DNA of 64,000 bases from contig JBFJHJ010000005.1 of NCBI GenBank assembly GCA_041613315.1, positions 1 through 64,000 of the forward strand, written 5' to 3'. This stretch comes from Gemmatimonadales bacterium. Its GTDB lineage: Bacteria > Gemmatimonadota > Gemmatimonadetes > Gemmatimonadales > GWC2-71-9. Position numbers and translations under genes: made by a program. The number at the start of each line of letters is the position of its first letter. The stretch's first letter is position 1. Of this stretch, positions 40,181 through 50,849 are shown piece after piece. Below the pieces are notes generated by a model, which saw nothing but the letters and a program-made list of their open reading frames with translations, was not told the DNA's origin and searched no databases.

Positions 40181-42436
40181 GTGAAGATCTCCAGCATCGG
40201 CGGCGGGCCGGCCGGTCTCTACTTCGCCATTCTCATGAAGAAGGCGGACCCCTCGCACGAGATCATCGTCTACGAGCGGCACCGCCTGGACGATACGTTC
40301 GGCTTCGGGGTCGTCTTCTCCGACGCCACACAGCACAACCTCGCTGAGGCCGATCCGGAGACGTTCCGGGAAATGGCCGGCAGCTTCGCCCGCTGGGACG
40401 ACATCGATATCCACCTCAACGGTACCGTGACCAGGTCCACGGGCCACGGCTTCAGCGGCCTGTCCCGGACGGCGCTCCTCCGGATCCTGGCGCAGCGGGC
40501 CACGGACTTGGGCGTCGATGTTCGGTTCGAGCACGAGATCCGAGACCTCGACGAGCCGCTCGCCGGCGCCGATCTCGTGCTGGCAGCGGACGGCTTCAAC
40601 AGCTCCGTGCGGGAGCAATATGGCGCCCACTTCGATCCGATGATCGACTGGCGGACCAACCGGTTCGTCTGGCTGGGCACCACGCGACCGTTCCCGGCGT
40701 TCACGTTCTATTTCAAGCCGAACGCCCATGGCTTGTGGCGCGTGCACGCCTACCAGTACGAACAGGGTCACTCGACGTTCATCGTGGAATGTACGGAAGC
40801 GACGTGGCGCGCCGCGGGGCTCGAGGACGCCACCGAGGCGGAGACGATCGCTTTCTGCGAGGCGTTGTTCGCCGTGGAGCTCGAGGGCCACCGCCTCGTC
40901 GCCAACCGCTCCATCTGGCGCAGCTTCGCCACGGTCCGGAACCGGCGCTGGCATCACCGCAACATCGTCCTCATCGGCGACGCGGCGCACACGGCGCACT
41001 TCTCCGTCGGCTCCGGCACCAAGCTGGCCATGGAGGACGCCGTCGCGCTGGCGGATGCCCTCCGCAACCACCGCGACGTGAGCGCGGCGCTCGCCGCCTA
41101 CGAGGCGGAGCGGCGCCCCGTGGTCGAGAGTCTCCAGCGGGCGGCGCAGGTGAGCCTGGAGTGGTTCGAGAACACCGAGCGATACATGGCGTTCGATCCG
41201 CTCCAGTTCGCCTTCAACCTGCTGACCCGCAGCTTCCGGATCACCCACGACAATCTGAAGGTGCGTGACCCGGCGTTCATCGCCACCGTCGATTGCTGGT
41301 TCGCGCGCACGGCGGCCGAGCAGAGCGGCGCCCCCGTGACGCTCGACCCTGCCCCGCCGCCCCTCTTCACGCCGTTCCGCCTCCGCGGCTTGCTCCTCAC
41401 CAACCGCGTGGTCGTCTCTCCCATGTGCCAGTACTGCGCCGTCGACGGGACGCCCGGCGAATGGCACCTCGTTCACCTGGGCGCTCGAGCGCAGGGAGGC
41501 GCCGGATTGGTGTTCACCGAGATGACCGACGTGAGCCGCGAGGGCCGCATTTCACCGGGCTGCGCGGGAATGTACGCGCCCCAGCACGTCCCGGCCTGGA
41601 AGCGAATCGTGGATTTCGTGCACGCGCACAGCGATGCGAAGATCGGCATGCAGCTGGGCCACGCCGGCCGCAAGGGCTCGACCCGGCTGGCCTGGGAGGG
41701 GATGGACGAGCCGCTCGTGGACGGGAATTGGGAGATCATCGCGCCGTCACCGATCCCGTATTTCCCCCACAGTCAGGTGCCACGGCCCATGACGCGCACC
41801 GACATGGATACGGTGCGCCACGATTTCGCCCGAGCGGCGGCCATGGCGGAGGACGCGGGCTTCGATATCCTCGAGCTGCACTTCGCGCACGGCTACCTGC
41901 TCGCGACGTTCATCTCGCCCCTCACGAACCGTCGCACCGACGAGTACGGCGGTTCGATCGCGAACCGGATGCGGCTTCCCCTCGAGGTCTTCGACGCCGT
42001 GCGCGCCGTCTGGCCGGCCGCCAAGCCGATATCGGTGCGGATCTCCGCGGTTGACTGGGCGCCGAGTGGGATGGAATCCGCCGACGCGGTCGAGGTGGCA
42101 AAGCTGCTCAAGGCCCACGGCTGCGACATCATCGACGTCTCGGCGGGCCAAACCGTGCCGGATGCCAAGCCCGTGTACGGCCGCCAATTCCAGACCCCGT
42201 TCAGCGACCGGATACGGCACGAGGCGGACATCCCGACCATGGCGGTCGGCAACATCTCGTCGTACATGGACGTCAACACGATCCTCGCCGCCGGGCGCGC
42301 CGATCTCTGCGTCATGGCGCGAGCCCACCTCTGGGACCCGTACTGGACGCGGCACTCGGCGCACGAGCTGGGCTACCCGCTCCCGTGGCCCAACCCATAC
42401 TCCACCCTTGACCGGTACACCCCGAGATTCGGCTGA
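40181..42436 (+). CDS. abmA: 2-aminobenzoyl-CoA monooxygenase/reductase (salicylyl-CoA 5-hydroxylase family)
   Basis: [34 protein letters not shown] fused to an OYE-like domain (SPMCQY, HAGRKG, AHGYL). Confidence 0.93.
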   Translation: MKISSIGGGPAGLYFAILMKKADPSHEIIVYERHRLDDTFGFGVVFSDATQHNLAEADPETFREMAGSFARWDDIDIHLNGTVTRSTGHGFSGLSRTALLRILAQRATDLGVDVRFEHEIRDLDEPLAGADLVLAADGFNSSVREQYGAHFDPMIDWRTNRFVWLGTTRPFPAFTFYFKPNAHGLWRVHAYQYEQGHSTFIVECTEATWRAAGLEDATEAETIAFCEALFAVELEGHRLVANRSIWRSFATVRNRRWHHRNIVLIGDAAHTAHFSVGSGTKLAMEDAVALADALRNHRDVSAALAAYEAERRPVVESLQRAAQVSLEWFENTERYMAFDPLQFAFNLLTRSFRITHDNLKVRDPAFIATVDCWFARTAAEQSGAPVTLDPAPPPLFTPFRLRGLLLTNRVVVSPMCQYCAVDGTPGEWHLVHLGARAQGGAGLVFTEMTDVSREGRISPGCAGMYAPQHVPAWKRIVDFVHAHSDAKIGMQLGHAGRKGSTRLAWEGMDEPLVDGNWEIIAPSPIPYFPHSQVPRPMTRTDMDTVRHDFARAAAMAEDAGFDILELHFAHGYLLATFISPLTNRRTDEYGGSIANRMRLPLEVFDAVRAVWPAAKPISVRISAVDWAPSGMESADAVEVAKLLKAHGCDIIDVSAGQTVPDAKPVYGRQFQTPFSDRIRHEADIPTMAVGNISSYMDVNTILAAGRADLCVMARAHLWDPYWTRHSAHELGYPLPWPNPYSTLDRYTPRFG

Positions 42437-42522
42437 CACCGGGCGTCGCGTTCGCGGCGCGCCGCGCTTTTCGCGACATTCCGGTAACGCCCGCACCCGA
42501 CACCTGGAACCCGCATCCGCCT

Positions 42523-43305
42523 ATGCCCGTCACCTATTCGACCTACTTGAAGCTCGACGAGCTCCTCGCCCTCCAAGCGCCCAAGTCCGACCGGCCGGAA
42601 CACGACGAGATGCTGTTCATCATCATCCACCAGGTCTATGAGCTCTGGTTCAAGGAGCTGCTCCACGAGTTCGACCATCTGGGGCAGTTGCTCGTCCGTA
42701 ACGAGACGCCGCCGGCGCTCCACACCCTCAAGCGGATCCTGACGGTGCTCAAGACCATGGTGGCCCAGATCGACATCCTCGAGACCATCACGCCGCTCGA
42801 TTTCCTGTCGTTTCGCGACCGCCTCGAGTCCGGGAGCGGCTTTCAGTCGTTCCAGTTCCGCGAGCTGGAGTTCGTGCTCGCCCGAAAGGACCGGGCAGCC
42901 GTAGAGCGGTTCCCGCGCGGCTCGGACGCGCGCGCGCGCCTCGAGCGGCGGTATCGTGAACCCACGTTGTGGGACGCGTTTCTCCGCTATCTCGAAGCGA
43001 ACGACTATCGAGTGGAAGAGGACGTGACGGAGCGCGACGTGACCCTCCCGGTGGTAGCGTCGCCCTCCACGCAGCGGATTCTGATCACGGTGTACCGGAC
43101 CAATCCGACGGTGGCCCAGGTGTGCGAGCGTCTGGTGGACTTGGACGAGGGCGTGCAGGAGTGGCGCTATCGACACGTGAAGATGGTGCAGCGGACCATC
43201 GGCACGAAGCGAGGGACCGGCGGCACCGCCGGCGCCGACTACCTCATGACGACACTCAACCAGCCGGCGTTCCCGGACCTGTGGGCGATCCGCACCGAGC
43301 TGTGA
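42523..43305 (+). CDS. kynA: Tryptophan 2,3-dioxygenase
   Basis: YLKLDELL, HDEMLFIIIHQVYELWFK, SGFQS.QFR, RTIG.K.GTGGT.G. Confidence 0.96.
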   Translation: MPVTYSTYLKLDELLALQAPKSDRPEHDEMLFIIIHQVYELWFKELLHEFDHLGQLLVRNETPPALHTLKRILTVLKTMVAQIDILETITPLDFLSFRDRLESGSGFQSFQFRELEFVLARKDRAAVERFPRGSDARARLERRYREPTLWDAFLRYLEANDYRVEEDVTERDVTLPVVASPSTQRILITVYRTNPTVAQVCERLVDLDEGVQEWRYRHVKMVQRTIGTKRGTGGTAGADYLMTTLNQPAFPDLWAIRTEL

Positions 43306-43402
43306 GCCCTCACCCCTTATCCCCCTCTCCCGAAACGGGAGAGGGGGCACGGCCCGGCGCCTTCCCCTCTCCCGGTACGGGAAAGGGCAAAGGGATGAGG
43401 GC
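43306..43402. repeat. REP/CIR-like palindromic element
   Basis: Terminal IR GCCCTCACCCCTT / AAGGGATGAGGGC (12/13); internal hairpins CCCCCTCTCCCG-AAA-CGGGAGAGGGGG and CCCTCTCCCG-GTA-CGGGAAAGGG. Confidence 0.8.
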
Positions 43403-44585
43403 GGAAGATCTGTACCGCACCCCCAACGCCCTCGCTCCGGATTACCGCAAGTTCTGCGTCGCCGACCGCCTCCTGCTCACGGGGCACTCGCACCAAGCCT
43501 GGCCCGACCGCGGGTTCGAAGGCCAGACCCGGGCGTGGTTCGACGCTTCACACTACGTGGACGAGAAGTGGGACCGCGCCTTCGAGCAGGCCGCCCGGGT
43601 CCGCGCGGGGTACCGGCGCCTTCTGGACGACCGCGGCGGCCACATCGCCCTGGGCGCCAACACACACGAACTCGTCGTGCGTTTTCTGTCCGCCCTGCCA
43701 TTGCGCACCCGGCCGCGCCTCGTCACCACCGACGGCGAGTTTCATACCGTGCGCCGCCAGCTCGACCGACTCGCAGAGGAGGGCACGGCGATCGAGAAAG
43801 TGGCGAGTACGCCGGCGTCCTCGCTCGCCGAGCGGCTCGCGTCCGCGGTCGACGACGAGACCGGCGCCGTGATCGTCTCGGCGGTGCTCTACCAGAACGC
43901 ACACATCGTGCGTGGCCTCGGCGAACTGTCGAGCGCGTGCCGCCGGGTGGGCGCGGAGCTGCTCGTGGATGCCTACCACGCCCTAAACGTCGTGCCGTTC
44001 TCGCTCAGACAAGAGCGACTCGACGGCGCCTTCGTCGTAGGCGGGGGCTACAAGTACTGCCAGCTGGGCGAGGGAAACTGCTTTCTCCGATTTCCGACCG
44101 ACTGCACCCTGCGGCCGGTCGTGACCGGCTGGTTCAGCGAGTTCAGCGCCCTGGCGGAACCCGGCGCGGGCCTGGTTTACGGCGAAGGTCCCGACCGCTT
44201 CGCGGGCGCCACCTACGATCCGACCAGCCATTACCGGGCGGCGGCCGTGTTCGATTTCTTCGAGGAACGGGGGCTCACGCCCGAGCTGTTGCGTGAGGTG
44301 AGCCGGCACCAGGTGGGGCTGCTGGCCCAACGGTTCGACGAGCTGGATGCCGACCCTGAGGTGATCACCCGCGACCGGAGCGTGCCGCTGGATGACGTCG
44401 GCGGGTTCCTCGCACTTCGGGCCCCGAGGGCCGAGGACCTCAGCCGCCGGCTGCGCGAACGCGGGGTCCGCACGGACTACCGCGGCGACGTGCTGCGCCT
44501 CGGACCGGCCCCGTACCTTTCGGACCGCCAGCTCACGGATGCGATCACCGCGCTCGGCGAGATCGTGCGGTCGCCCCTCCCGTAG
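43395..44585 (+). CDS. kynU: Kynureninase-like PLP enzyme (aminotransferase class V)
   Basis: GHSHQ, DAYH, GGGYKY, GWF, RFAGAT, DYR...LR.GPAPY; follows kynA. Confidence 0.82.
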   Translation: MRAEDLYRTPNALAPDYRKFCVADRLLLTGHSHQAWPDRGFEGQTRAWFDASHYVDEKWDRAFEQAARVRAGYRRLLDDRGGHIALGANTHELVVRFLSALPLRTRPRLVTTDGEFHTVRRQLDRLAEEGTAIEKVASTPASSLAERLASAVDDETGAVIVSAVLYQNAHIVRGLGELSSACRRVGAELLVDAYHALNVVPFSLRQERLDGAFVVGGGYKYCQLGEGNCFLRFPTDCTLRPVVTGWFSEFSALAEPGAGLVYGEGPDRFAGATYDPTSHYRAAAVFDFFEERGLTPELLREVSRHQVGLLAQRFDELDADPEVITRDRSVPLDDVGGFLALRAPRAEDLSRRLRERGVRTDYRGDVLRLGPAPYLSDRQLTDAITALGEIVRSPLP

Positions 44586-44616
44586 GCTTGGCGACCCCGT
44601 GCCGCCCCCCCGCATC

Positions 44617-45009
44617 TTACCAAACGGCAACCGTACTGAGCGCGAGGTTGTTCTCGATCGCCAGCTCCACGACCTGACCCGGTCCCACCACCAGACGCGG
44701 CGAGACGTACTGTGCCGCCGACCCGATCAGCTCGACGACCAGCACGGCGCCGCTCGAGTACAGCGGGTACGGCGGCAGCGTAATGACTTCGCGCCCGGAC
44801 GCACCCATCACCGTCCCGATGCGCATGCGGGTGCCGCTCACGACGAGGTAGATCCGCGCATCGAGCCAGTTGTGATTGGCGACGTGGAGCATGGATTCGC
44901 CGCCCGGCGCGGCGGCGATGTCGGTGTGGCCGGCGGTGGCGCAGCCTCCGCTCCCCATCCCTCCCGCCAGCAGGACGGCGGTCGACAGCGTCGCAAGAGC
45001 GATTCTCAT
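44617..45009 (-). CDS. Hypothetical exported or lipoprotein
   Basis: SD AGGAGG; signal ending GGC; beta-rich V.N.NW.D..IY...G.R.RIG.V. Confidence 0.7.
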   Translation of the reverse strand: MRIALATLSTAVLLAGGMGSGGCATAGHTDIAAAPGGESMLHVANHNWLDARIYLVVSGTRMRIGTVMGASGREVITLPPYPLYSSGAVLVVELIGSAAQYVSPRLVVGPGQVVELAIENNLALSTVAVW

Positions 45010-45391
45010 CGTCCACCTCCTGCTCAAGTAGCGGCGCAATACGCCGTGCCATCCGCCCCCGCGGCGTGGTGCCCGGAGACGGCAGCAGCGACCGGTTTTT
45101 TCGGCCCGCTCCGGCGTACCAGGAGGCGCCGGCCGGTCACGGGCCATTGCCGAATGCATCAACTCTGGCCCTCCGTATCACGGTAATGCGGGGCATCGGC
45201 CACGCATGTGCCATAGGTCACGGCCGCGCGGCGGGGCCACCCGGCGCTCCGCGTGGTGCTCGGTTGCGCACCGCCCCCTAGCCGCGGCACCAACGATGAA
45301 CAAACCGGCCCGGCGGCGCCTTTGGACCCGTGGGGCAGAGCGATAGACTTCATATCGCGCCGACGACGACCCCTCCCTCTCGGAGGCCCTC

Positions 45392-46117
45392 ATGGCCCTC
45401 ACGCTCACCTTCCTCGGTCACGCCGGGGTTCTGCTCTCCGACGGCACACACACCGTCGCCATCGACCCGTTCCTGACGGGCAATCCCGCCGCCACCATGC
45501 GGCCGTCGGACGTCACCTGTGATGCGATCGTCCTGACGCACGGACACCCTGATCATTTCGGCGACACGGTGGCGATCGCGAAGGCCAACAAGGCCACGGC
45601 CTATGCCGCCTTCGAGATCGCGAACTACCTGGAAGGGCAGGGCGTACGCGTGGAACCTGGAAACCCTGGCGGGAAGATCGAGGCGGATTTCGGCTGGGTG
45701 GCGTTCACCCAGGCGTTCCACTCCTCGTCCTACGAGGGACGCTACATGGGGATGCCGTGCGGCGTGATGGTCCACCTGGGCGACGTCACCGTCTACCATT
45801 GTGGCGACACCGCGCTGTTCGGCGACATGAAGCTGCTGGGAGAGATCTACGAGCCCGACATCGCGCTCGTTCCGATCGGCGACCGCTTTACGATGGGACC
45901 CGAACTCGCGACCCGCGCTGCCGAGCTCATCCGGCCCAAGGTCGCCGTGCCGATCCACTACAAGACCTGGCCGCTGCTCGTGCAGGACGCCACGGGGTTC
46001 GCGCCGAAGAATGTGCGGGTCAAGGTACTGGAACCGGGCGAGCGGTGGGCGTACCCCGAAGACAAGGCGCCGGGTCCGCGACCCGGCGGTCGGAGCCGGG
46101 CTCGCAGTACTCGCTAG
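45392..46117 (+). CDS. Metal-dependent hydrolase (metallo-beta-lactamase fold, UPF0173-like)
   Basis: FLGHA, IDPF, THGHPDH, AFHSS, HCGDT, PIHY. Confidence 0.9.
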   Translation: MALTLTFLGHAGVLLSDGTHTVAIDPFLTGNPAATMRPSDVTCDAIVLTHGHPDHFGDTVAIAKANKATAYAAFEIANYLEGQGVRVEPGNPGGKIEADFGWVAFTQAFHSSSYEGRYMGMPCGVMVHLGDVTVYHCGDTALFGDMKLLGEIYEPDIALVPIGDRFTMGPELATRAAELIRPKVAVPIHYKTWPLLVQDATGFAPKNVRVKVLEPGERWAYPEDKAPGPRPGGRSRARSTR

Positions 46118-46138
46118 AGACCGGGTACGGGCGGTCGG

Positions 46139-48169
46139 CTACGCCCGCTCATCCAGAATCTCGCGTACGCGGATCAGCAGCTCGGTGGGCGTCCAGGGCT
46201 TGTGGAGAAACGGGACGGAGGCGTTCAGCGCAGTGCTCTCCCTGACGTCGCGCGCGGTGTAGCCGCTCATGAACAGGAACTTCAGTCCGGGATAGCGCTG
46301 TCGGGCGGCTGCGTACAGCTCGGTGCCGCTCAGGCGGGGCATCACGACGTCAGAGATCACCAGCGCGATCGCGTCGGCGTGGGCCGTCAGAATGTCCAGA
46401 CCGCAGGCGCCGTCCTCTGCCAGCAGCACGTTGTAGCCGAACTGTTCGAGCACGCGTTTCGCCGCGCGCCGCACCGACGCTTCGTCCTCCACGAGGAGGA
46501 TGGTCTCCTCCCCAGCGGGAAGCTGGCTCATCTGCAGGCTGCGCCGCCGTGCCACGCCCGGCTCGTACGTCGCCGGGAAGAACACCGTGACCGACGTGCC
46601 TTGGTTCACCTCGCTCTGCACGTCCACGAACCCGTTCTGCTGTTTGACGAGCCCGTAGATCATCGCCATGCCCAGCCCGGTGCCCTCGCCGGGCGGCTTG
46701 GTGGTGAAGAACGGCTCGAACACGCGCTGTCGGGTCAAGTCGTCCATGCCGATCCCGGTATCGCTGACGACGAGGCAGACATACTCCCCCGGCTGCCCCC
46801 AGCCACTGCGGACCTGGTGGTCCTCGTCGATCCAGCTCCTCCGAGCCTCGATCCGAAGCAAGCCGCCTCTCGGCATCGCGTCACGCGCGTTGGTCGCGAG
46901 GTTCACGAGGATTTGCTCGAGAGACACGGGGTCCGCGACGACCCGTGGGAGATCCGGCTCGAGCACGATTCGGACATCGATGTTCTCGGGCAGGACCCGC
47001 CGCCACGTGTCGGCCAACTCTTCGATGATGGCGCCGAGGCCCAGTGGCTTTGCCGCCAGAACCCCCCGACGGCTGAAGCCAAGGAGCTTCCGCACCATCT
47101 CCGCACCGCGCCGCGCCGCCGCCTTGAGCTCCACCAGATCTGCGCGGAGCTGCGGCTGGTCGTCATCGAGCGCCGCATCGATGAGGTCGGCGTTCGCTCG
47201 AATCACGGTCAAGATGTTGTTGAAGTCGTGAGCGATGCCGCCCGTGAGCTGGCCGATGGCCTCCATCTTCTGCGCCTGCTGGAGCTGCGCCTGGAGCGCC
47301 CGTTGCTCCGTGACGTCCTCCACCATGACCTCGAAGCACTCCGCCTGCCCGTCGGCTCCGCGCACGGCCTGTCCGCTCAACCGCACGGTGAGGGGGGTGC
47401 CGTCGCGCTTTTTCCACGGCACCTCCACGCCCTCGAAGCGCTCGGCTGACCCGTACTGCGCGATGAGCCGGCCGCGGTCCGCGGCATCGACGTAGATGTC
47501 GCTCGAAAGATCGAGCCTGAGGAGCTCCTCCTCGGACCGGTAGCCGAGCATCGCCACCAGCGCCGGATTGGCGGAGACAAACCTCCCCGCCGGCGTCGAC
47601 CGATAGATCCCGTAGATGGCGTGCTCCACCAGCGCGCGATAGTCGGCCTCCGACTTTCGCGCCGCCTCCTCGGCGTTCTTGAGCTCGGTCACGTCGGCGG
47701 CGTGCCCCAGCACGTACGGTGCCCCATCGCCCTCCGTATGGAGGACGTTGCGATACGCCCACAGCCGCTCCTCCCCCCTCCGGCCAATCACGCGCATCAG
47801 CCCCTGGTCCACCCCGTCGCGCTTGATGCGAGCCAGGTAGTCAGCGAAGTGTGGGCGGACGTCGGCAGGCAGGAAGTCAGCCAAATTCTTCCCCACACCG
47901 TCGCGGGGCTCGTAACCGAGCGCGTGAGCCGCCGCAGGGTTCACCGAAAGCAAGTGGCCGTCCAGGTCATGGACGCAGATGAGCCCCTGACTGCTCTCCA
48001 CGAGTGCGCGGTAACGCTGCTCGCTTTCCCGCAGCCTCCGCTCCGATTCGGAGAAATCCTGGTGTCGTCGCCGCAGCTCGGCGCCAGCCTCCTGCAGGGT
48101 GGCGACGCGCTCCCGGAGCTCGGCGATCTCCGTGAGCAAGTCCTCCTTGGTCTTTGAAGAATCCTTCAT
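46139..48169 (-). CDS. PAS-PAS hybrid sensor kinase with receiver (CckA-like)
   Basis: Two PAS domains; QKMEAIGQLTGGIAHDFNN; FEPFFTTK; C-terminal REC. Confidence 0.93.
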   Translation of the reverse strand: MKDSSKTKEDLLTEIAELRERVATLQEAGAELRRRHQDFSESERRLRESEQRYRALVESSQGLICVHDLDGHLLSVNPAAAHALGYEPRDGVGKNLADFLPADVRPHFADYLARIKRDGVDQGLMRVIGRRGEERLWAYRNVLHTEGDGAPYVLGHAADVTELKNAEEAARKSEADYRALVEHAIYGIYRSTPAGRFVSANPALVAMLGYRSEEELLRLDLSSDIYVDAADRGRLIAQYGSAERFEGVEVPWKKRDGTPLTVRLSGQAVRGADGQAECFEVMVEDVTEQRALQAQLQQAQKMEAIGQLTGGIAHDFNNILTVIRANADLIDAALDDDQPQLRADLVELKAAARRGAEMVRKLLGFSRRGVLAAKPLGLGAIIEELADTWRRVLPENIDVRIVLEPDLPRVVADPVSLEQILVNLATNARDAMPRGGLLRIEARRSWIDEDHQVRSGWGQPGEYVCLVVSDTGIGMDDLTRQRVFEPFFTTKPPGEGTGLGMAMIYGLVKQQNGFVDVQSEVNQGTSVTVFFPATYEPGVARRRSLQMSQLPAGEETILLVEDEASVRRAAKRVLEQFGYNVLLAEDGACGLDILTAHADAIALVISDVVMPRLSGTELYAAARQRYPGLKFLFMSGYTARDVRESTALNASVPFLHKPWTPTELLIRVREILDERA

Positions 48170-48384
48170 AGATGGGTCTTGGGATCCGCCGCCAGGGCGT
48201 TCGCCCGGGTGCGCCCTGAGCCTGCGGCTTGGCATGACATTCGCTCGCGACGCTCCCGCGGCTAAGATAGAACGGGCGTGGGCCGACATGCTAGAATCGC
48301 ACGACGTCGCTCGATAGCCGTGACGCGGGGCACACGCGTTCGCGGGCGTCGGGGACAGCCGGGCAATCAACCCTGGCCGGCGGC

Positions 48385-48912
48385 GTGACGTCTACGCCTT
48401 CCCCACGCGTTCTGCTCACCGGCCCGCCGGGCTGCGGCAAGACGACGGTGATCCGCCGCACGGTTGCCCTCCTCACATGTCCCGCCGTCGGGTTCTACAC
48501 CGAGGAAGTGCGCCGGGGAAGCGGGCGCGTGGGTTTCGATGTCGTGACGCTGGACGGCGTTCGGGGGCCCCTGGCGCGCGTCGGCGGGTTGGGGCCACGA
48601 GTGGGCAGATACGTGGTAGACGTCTCGTCGTTCGAGCAGATCGGCGTGCCGGCGCTCGAGGCCGGCCTGGAAGATCCCCACACGGTGCTCGTCGTGGATG
48701 AGCTGGGGAAGATGGAGTTCCACAGCCGCCGGTTCGCGGCGCTCCTCCCCATGGTCTTCGCCGGGGAGAACCCCGTGTTGGGAACGATCCTCTCGCGGCC
48801 GCACCCCATCGCCGACGGGATCCGGCAGCTGGCGGGGGTCGAGTTCGTCGGGGTGACCGCGGGCAACCGCGACATCCTGCCCCGGGGACTGGCGGCGCGG
48901 TTCACGGCCTGA
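48385..48912 (+). CDS. NTPase_1 (THEP1/HCR-type) nucleoside-triphosphatase
   Basis: TGPPGCGKTT, GFYTEEVR, RVGRY.V, VDELGKME. Confidence 0.9.
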   Translation: MTSTPSPRVLLTGPPGCGKTTVIRRTVALLTCPAVGFYTEEVRRGSGRVGFDVVTLDGVRGPLARVGGLGPRVGRYVVDVSSFEQIGVPALEAGLEDPHTVLVVDELGKMEFHSRRFAALLPMVFAGENPVLGTILSRPHPIADGIRQLAGVEFVGVTAGNRDILPRGLAARFTA

Positions 48913-48991
48913 GCCGGCGGCGCCCGTGGTGCGGGAGCGGGGCTCAAGCACCCGAGAAGAACGGGACCGAGCGTCACAGGGGGTTGGGGAG

Positions 48992-49063
<72 letters not shown>

Positions 49064-49137
49064 GGATTGTGGATTACAAACTTCGCCACCGCCCCTGACA
49101 TTCTCAAGCCGCGTCGCGCGCCGTCATGAAGCCGCCT

Positions 49138-49683
49138 TCAGGAGCCGGCCAAGGGATCGGGCGGCCGCTCGGACGTGTCCCGGCCCGCCTCCTCCGCCCC
49201 CGCCCCCACGACGTGCCCCGACCCCACCGCCTGCTTCGCCGCTGCGTCGCGCAGCTCGCGGATCTCCTCGTCCGAGTACCCCGCCCCACGCAGCTTGCGG
49301 TCCATCTCCAACGCCTTGACCGCGGCCTTGAGCGTGCCCAGCGCGAGTGTCGCGCAGCGGTGCCGAAAACCCACGACCTCCCGACCGAGCAGATCCAGCA
49401 TCTCCTCGTAGGTGAGATCGCGCACGTCCTCGAACGTCGGGTGCTCTCGGTTCACCTTGCGGAGCAGGATCGACGCGGCCGCCTGACTGATCGTGCAGCC
49501 CGCGCCCTCGAAGCTCGCCTCGGCGATCCGGTCGGCGCCGTCCGTCTTGACATGCAGGGTCACGAGATCGCCACACCCCGGGTTCCCGCCGGGCATGCTG
49601 ACGTCCGCCTGCCCCAGCGCCCCCTTGTGCCGGGGGCGCTGGTAGTGGTCCACCAATCGGGCGATCAGCGCGTCGCGGTCCAT
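49138..49683 (-). CDS. SufU/IscU-type scaffold or sulfur-transfer protein
   Basis: DHYQRPRHKG, NPGCGD, GCTISQAAAS, RHRCATL. Confidence 0.88.
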   Translation of the reverse strand: MDRDALIARLVDHYQRPRHKGALGQADVSMPGGNPGCGDLVTLHVKTDGADRIAEASFEGAGCTISQAAASILLRKVNREHPTFEDVRDLTYEEMLDLLGREVVGFRHRCATLALGTLKAAVKALEMDRKLRGAGYSDEEIRELRDAAAKQAVGSGHVVGAGAEEAGRDTSERPPDPLAGS

Positions 49684-49711
49684 GAAGCGACCCCGCGGGC
49701 GCGAAACCGGC

Positions 49712-50602
49712 TCATTTCTCAATGGGCGCCAGCACCATGTTGCCCCACTCCGTCCAGGAGCCGTCGTAGTTCCGGACGTGCTTGAACCCCAGGAGATACG
49801 TCAGCACGAACCAGGTGTGCGACGACCGCTCCCCGATCCGACAGTAGGCGATCACCTCCTTGTCAGGCGCGAGCCCGTTCTCCTCTTGATAGATCGTCTT
49901 GAGCTCCCTCGCCGGGCGGAACGTGTGCGTGTCCGGGTTCACCGCCCGGCCCCAGGGAATATTCTTGGCACCGGGGATGTGTCCGCCACGTAGGGCGCCC
50001 TCGTTGGGGTAGTCCGGCATGTGCATGCGCTCGCCGCGGTACTCCTCGGGGCTCCGAACGTCCACCAGGGGCTTGTGTGCCTGCGTGTGGCGCAACGTGT
50101 CGCCGCGGAACGCGCGAATCTGTTTGTCGTCGCGCACCTTGATCGTGATGTCCCCCTTGGCATGGGACGGCTTCTCCGTCACCAGCGGCCGCCCCTCCTG
50201 CTCCCACCGGGCTCGCCCGCCGTCCATGACCTTCATCTTGTCCACGCCGAAGAGCCGGAGCACCCAGAACGCGTAGCACGCCCACCAGTTGTTCCGGTCA
50301 CCGTAGAACACGATGGTCGTGTCGTTGCCGATGCCGTAGCTGCGAAGCAGCTCCTGCAGACGCTCGCGATTGATGTAGTCCCGGACCTTGGGGTCGTTCA
50401 AGTCGGCCACCCAGTCGATCTTCACGGCGCCGGGAATGTGCCCGGTCTCGTAGAGCAGCAGGTCTTCATTCGACTCGAGCAGCCGCACCTTGGGATCGTC
50501 CAGATGGTCGGCCACCCAGGCGGTGGATACGAGCACCGCCGGGTGCGCGTACCCCCGCTCCGTGATCGGGGTGACGGGCGGAGCCGTCGTACTCTGGGAC
50601 AT
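49712..50602 (-). CDS. Two-domain rhodanese sulfurtransferase (SseA/CysA type)
   Basis: GHIPGA twice, [22 protein letters not shown]. Confidence 0.95.
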   Translation of the reverse strand: MSQSTTAPPVTPITERGYAHPAVLVSTAWVADHLDDPKVRLLESNEDLLLYETGHIPGAVKIDWVADLNDPKVRDYINRERLQELLRSYGIGNDTTIVFYGDRNNWWACYAFWVLRLFGVDKMKVMDGGRARWEQEGRPLVTEKPSHAKGDITIKVRDDKQIRAFRGDTLRHTQAHKPLVDVRSPEEYRGERMHMPDYPNEGALRGGHIPGAKNIPWGRAVNPDTHTFRPARELKTIYQEENGLAPDKEVIAYCRIGERSSHTWFVLTYLLGFKHVRNYDGSWTEWGNMVLAPIEK

Positions 50603-50675
50603 ATGGGACCTCCTCGCGGATCTGGTCCGCGCCAACTCGGTGAATGAGAGTCTCGACGTGACCCCCAAACGCGAA

Positions 50676-50705
50676 CGGCCGCGGCATCCTTCCGGGCCGC
50701 GGCCG
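50676..50705 (-). terminator. Putative attenuator terminator hairpin in the sulfurtransferase leader
   Basis: CGGCCGCGGC-10 nt-GCCGCGGCCG followed on the minus strand by TTCGCGTTT. Confidence 0.5.
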
Positions 50706-50732
50706 ACGTGCTGAGTCGAGGATGAGCGCCGC

Positions 50733-50849
50733 CTAGCCCACGCCCGTGCCTCCGCCGCGGTTCCGGGCGGTGTGCGAACAACAGGTACATGCGCCCTCCG
50801 GGGACGCCGCGGGGCGACTCGCCCCGACTGTCACGTGTTTCGGGTGCAC
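50733..50849 (-). CDS. Putative Cys-rich leader peptide (38 aa; start uncertain)
   Basis: GTG...TGT ACC TGT TGT...TAG (CTCC); just downstream of a minus-strand TTGACA at 50879-50884. Confidence 0.5.
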   Translation of the reverse strand: MHPKHVTVGASRPAASPEGACTCCSHTARNRGGGTGVG

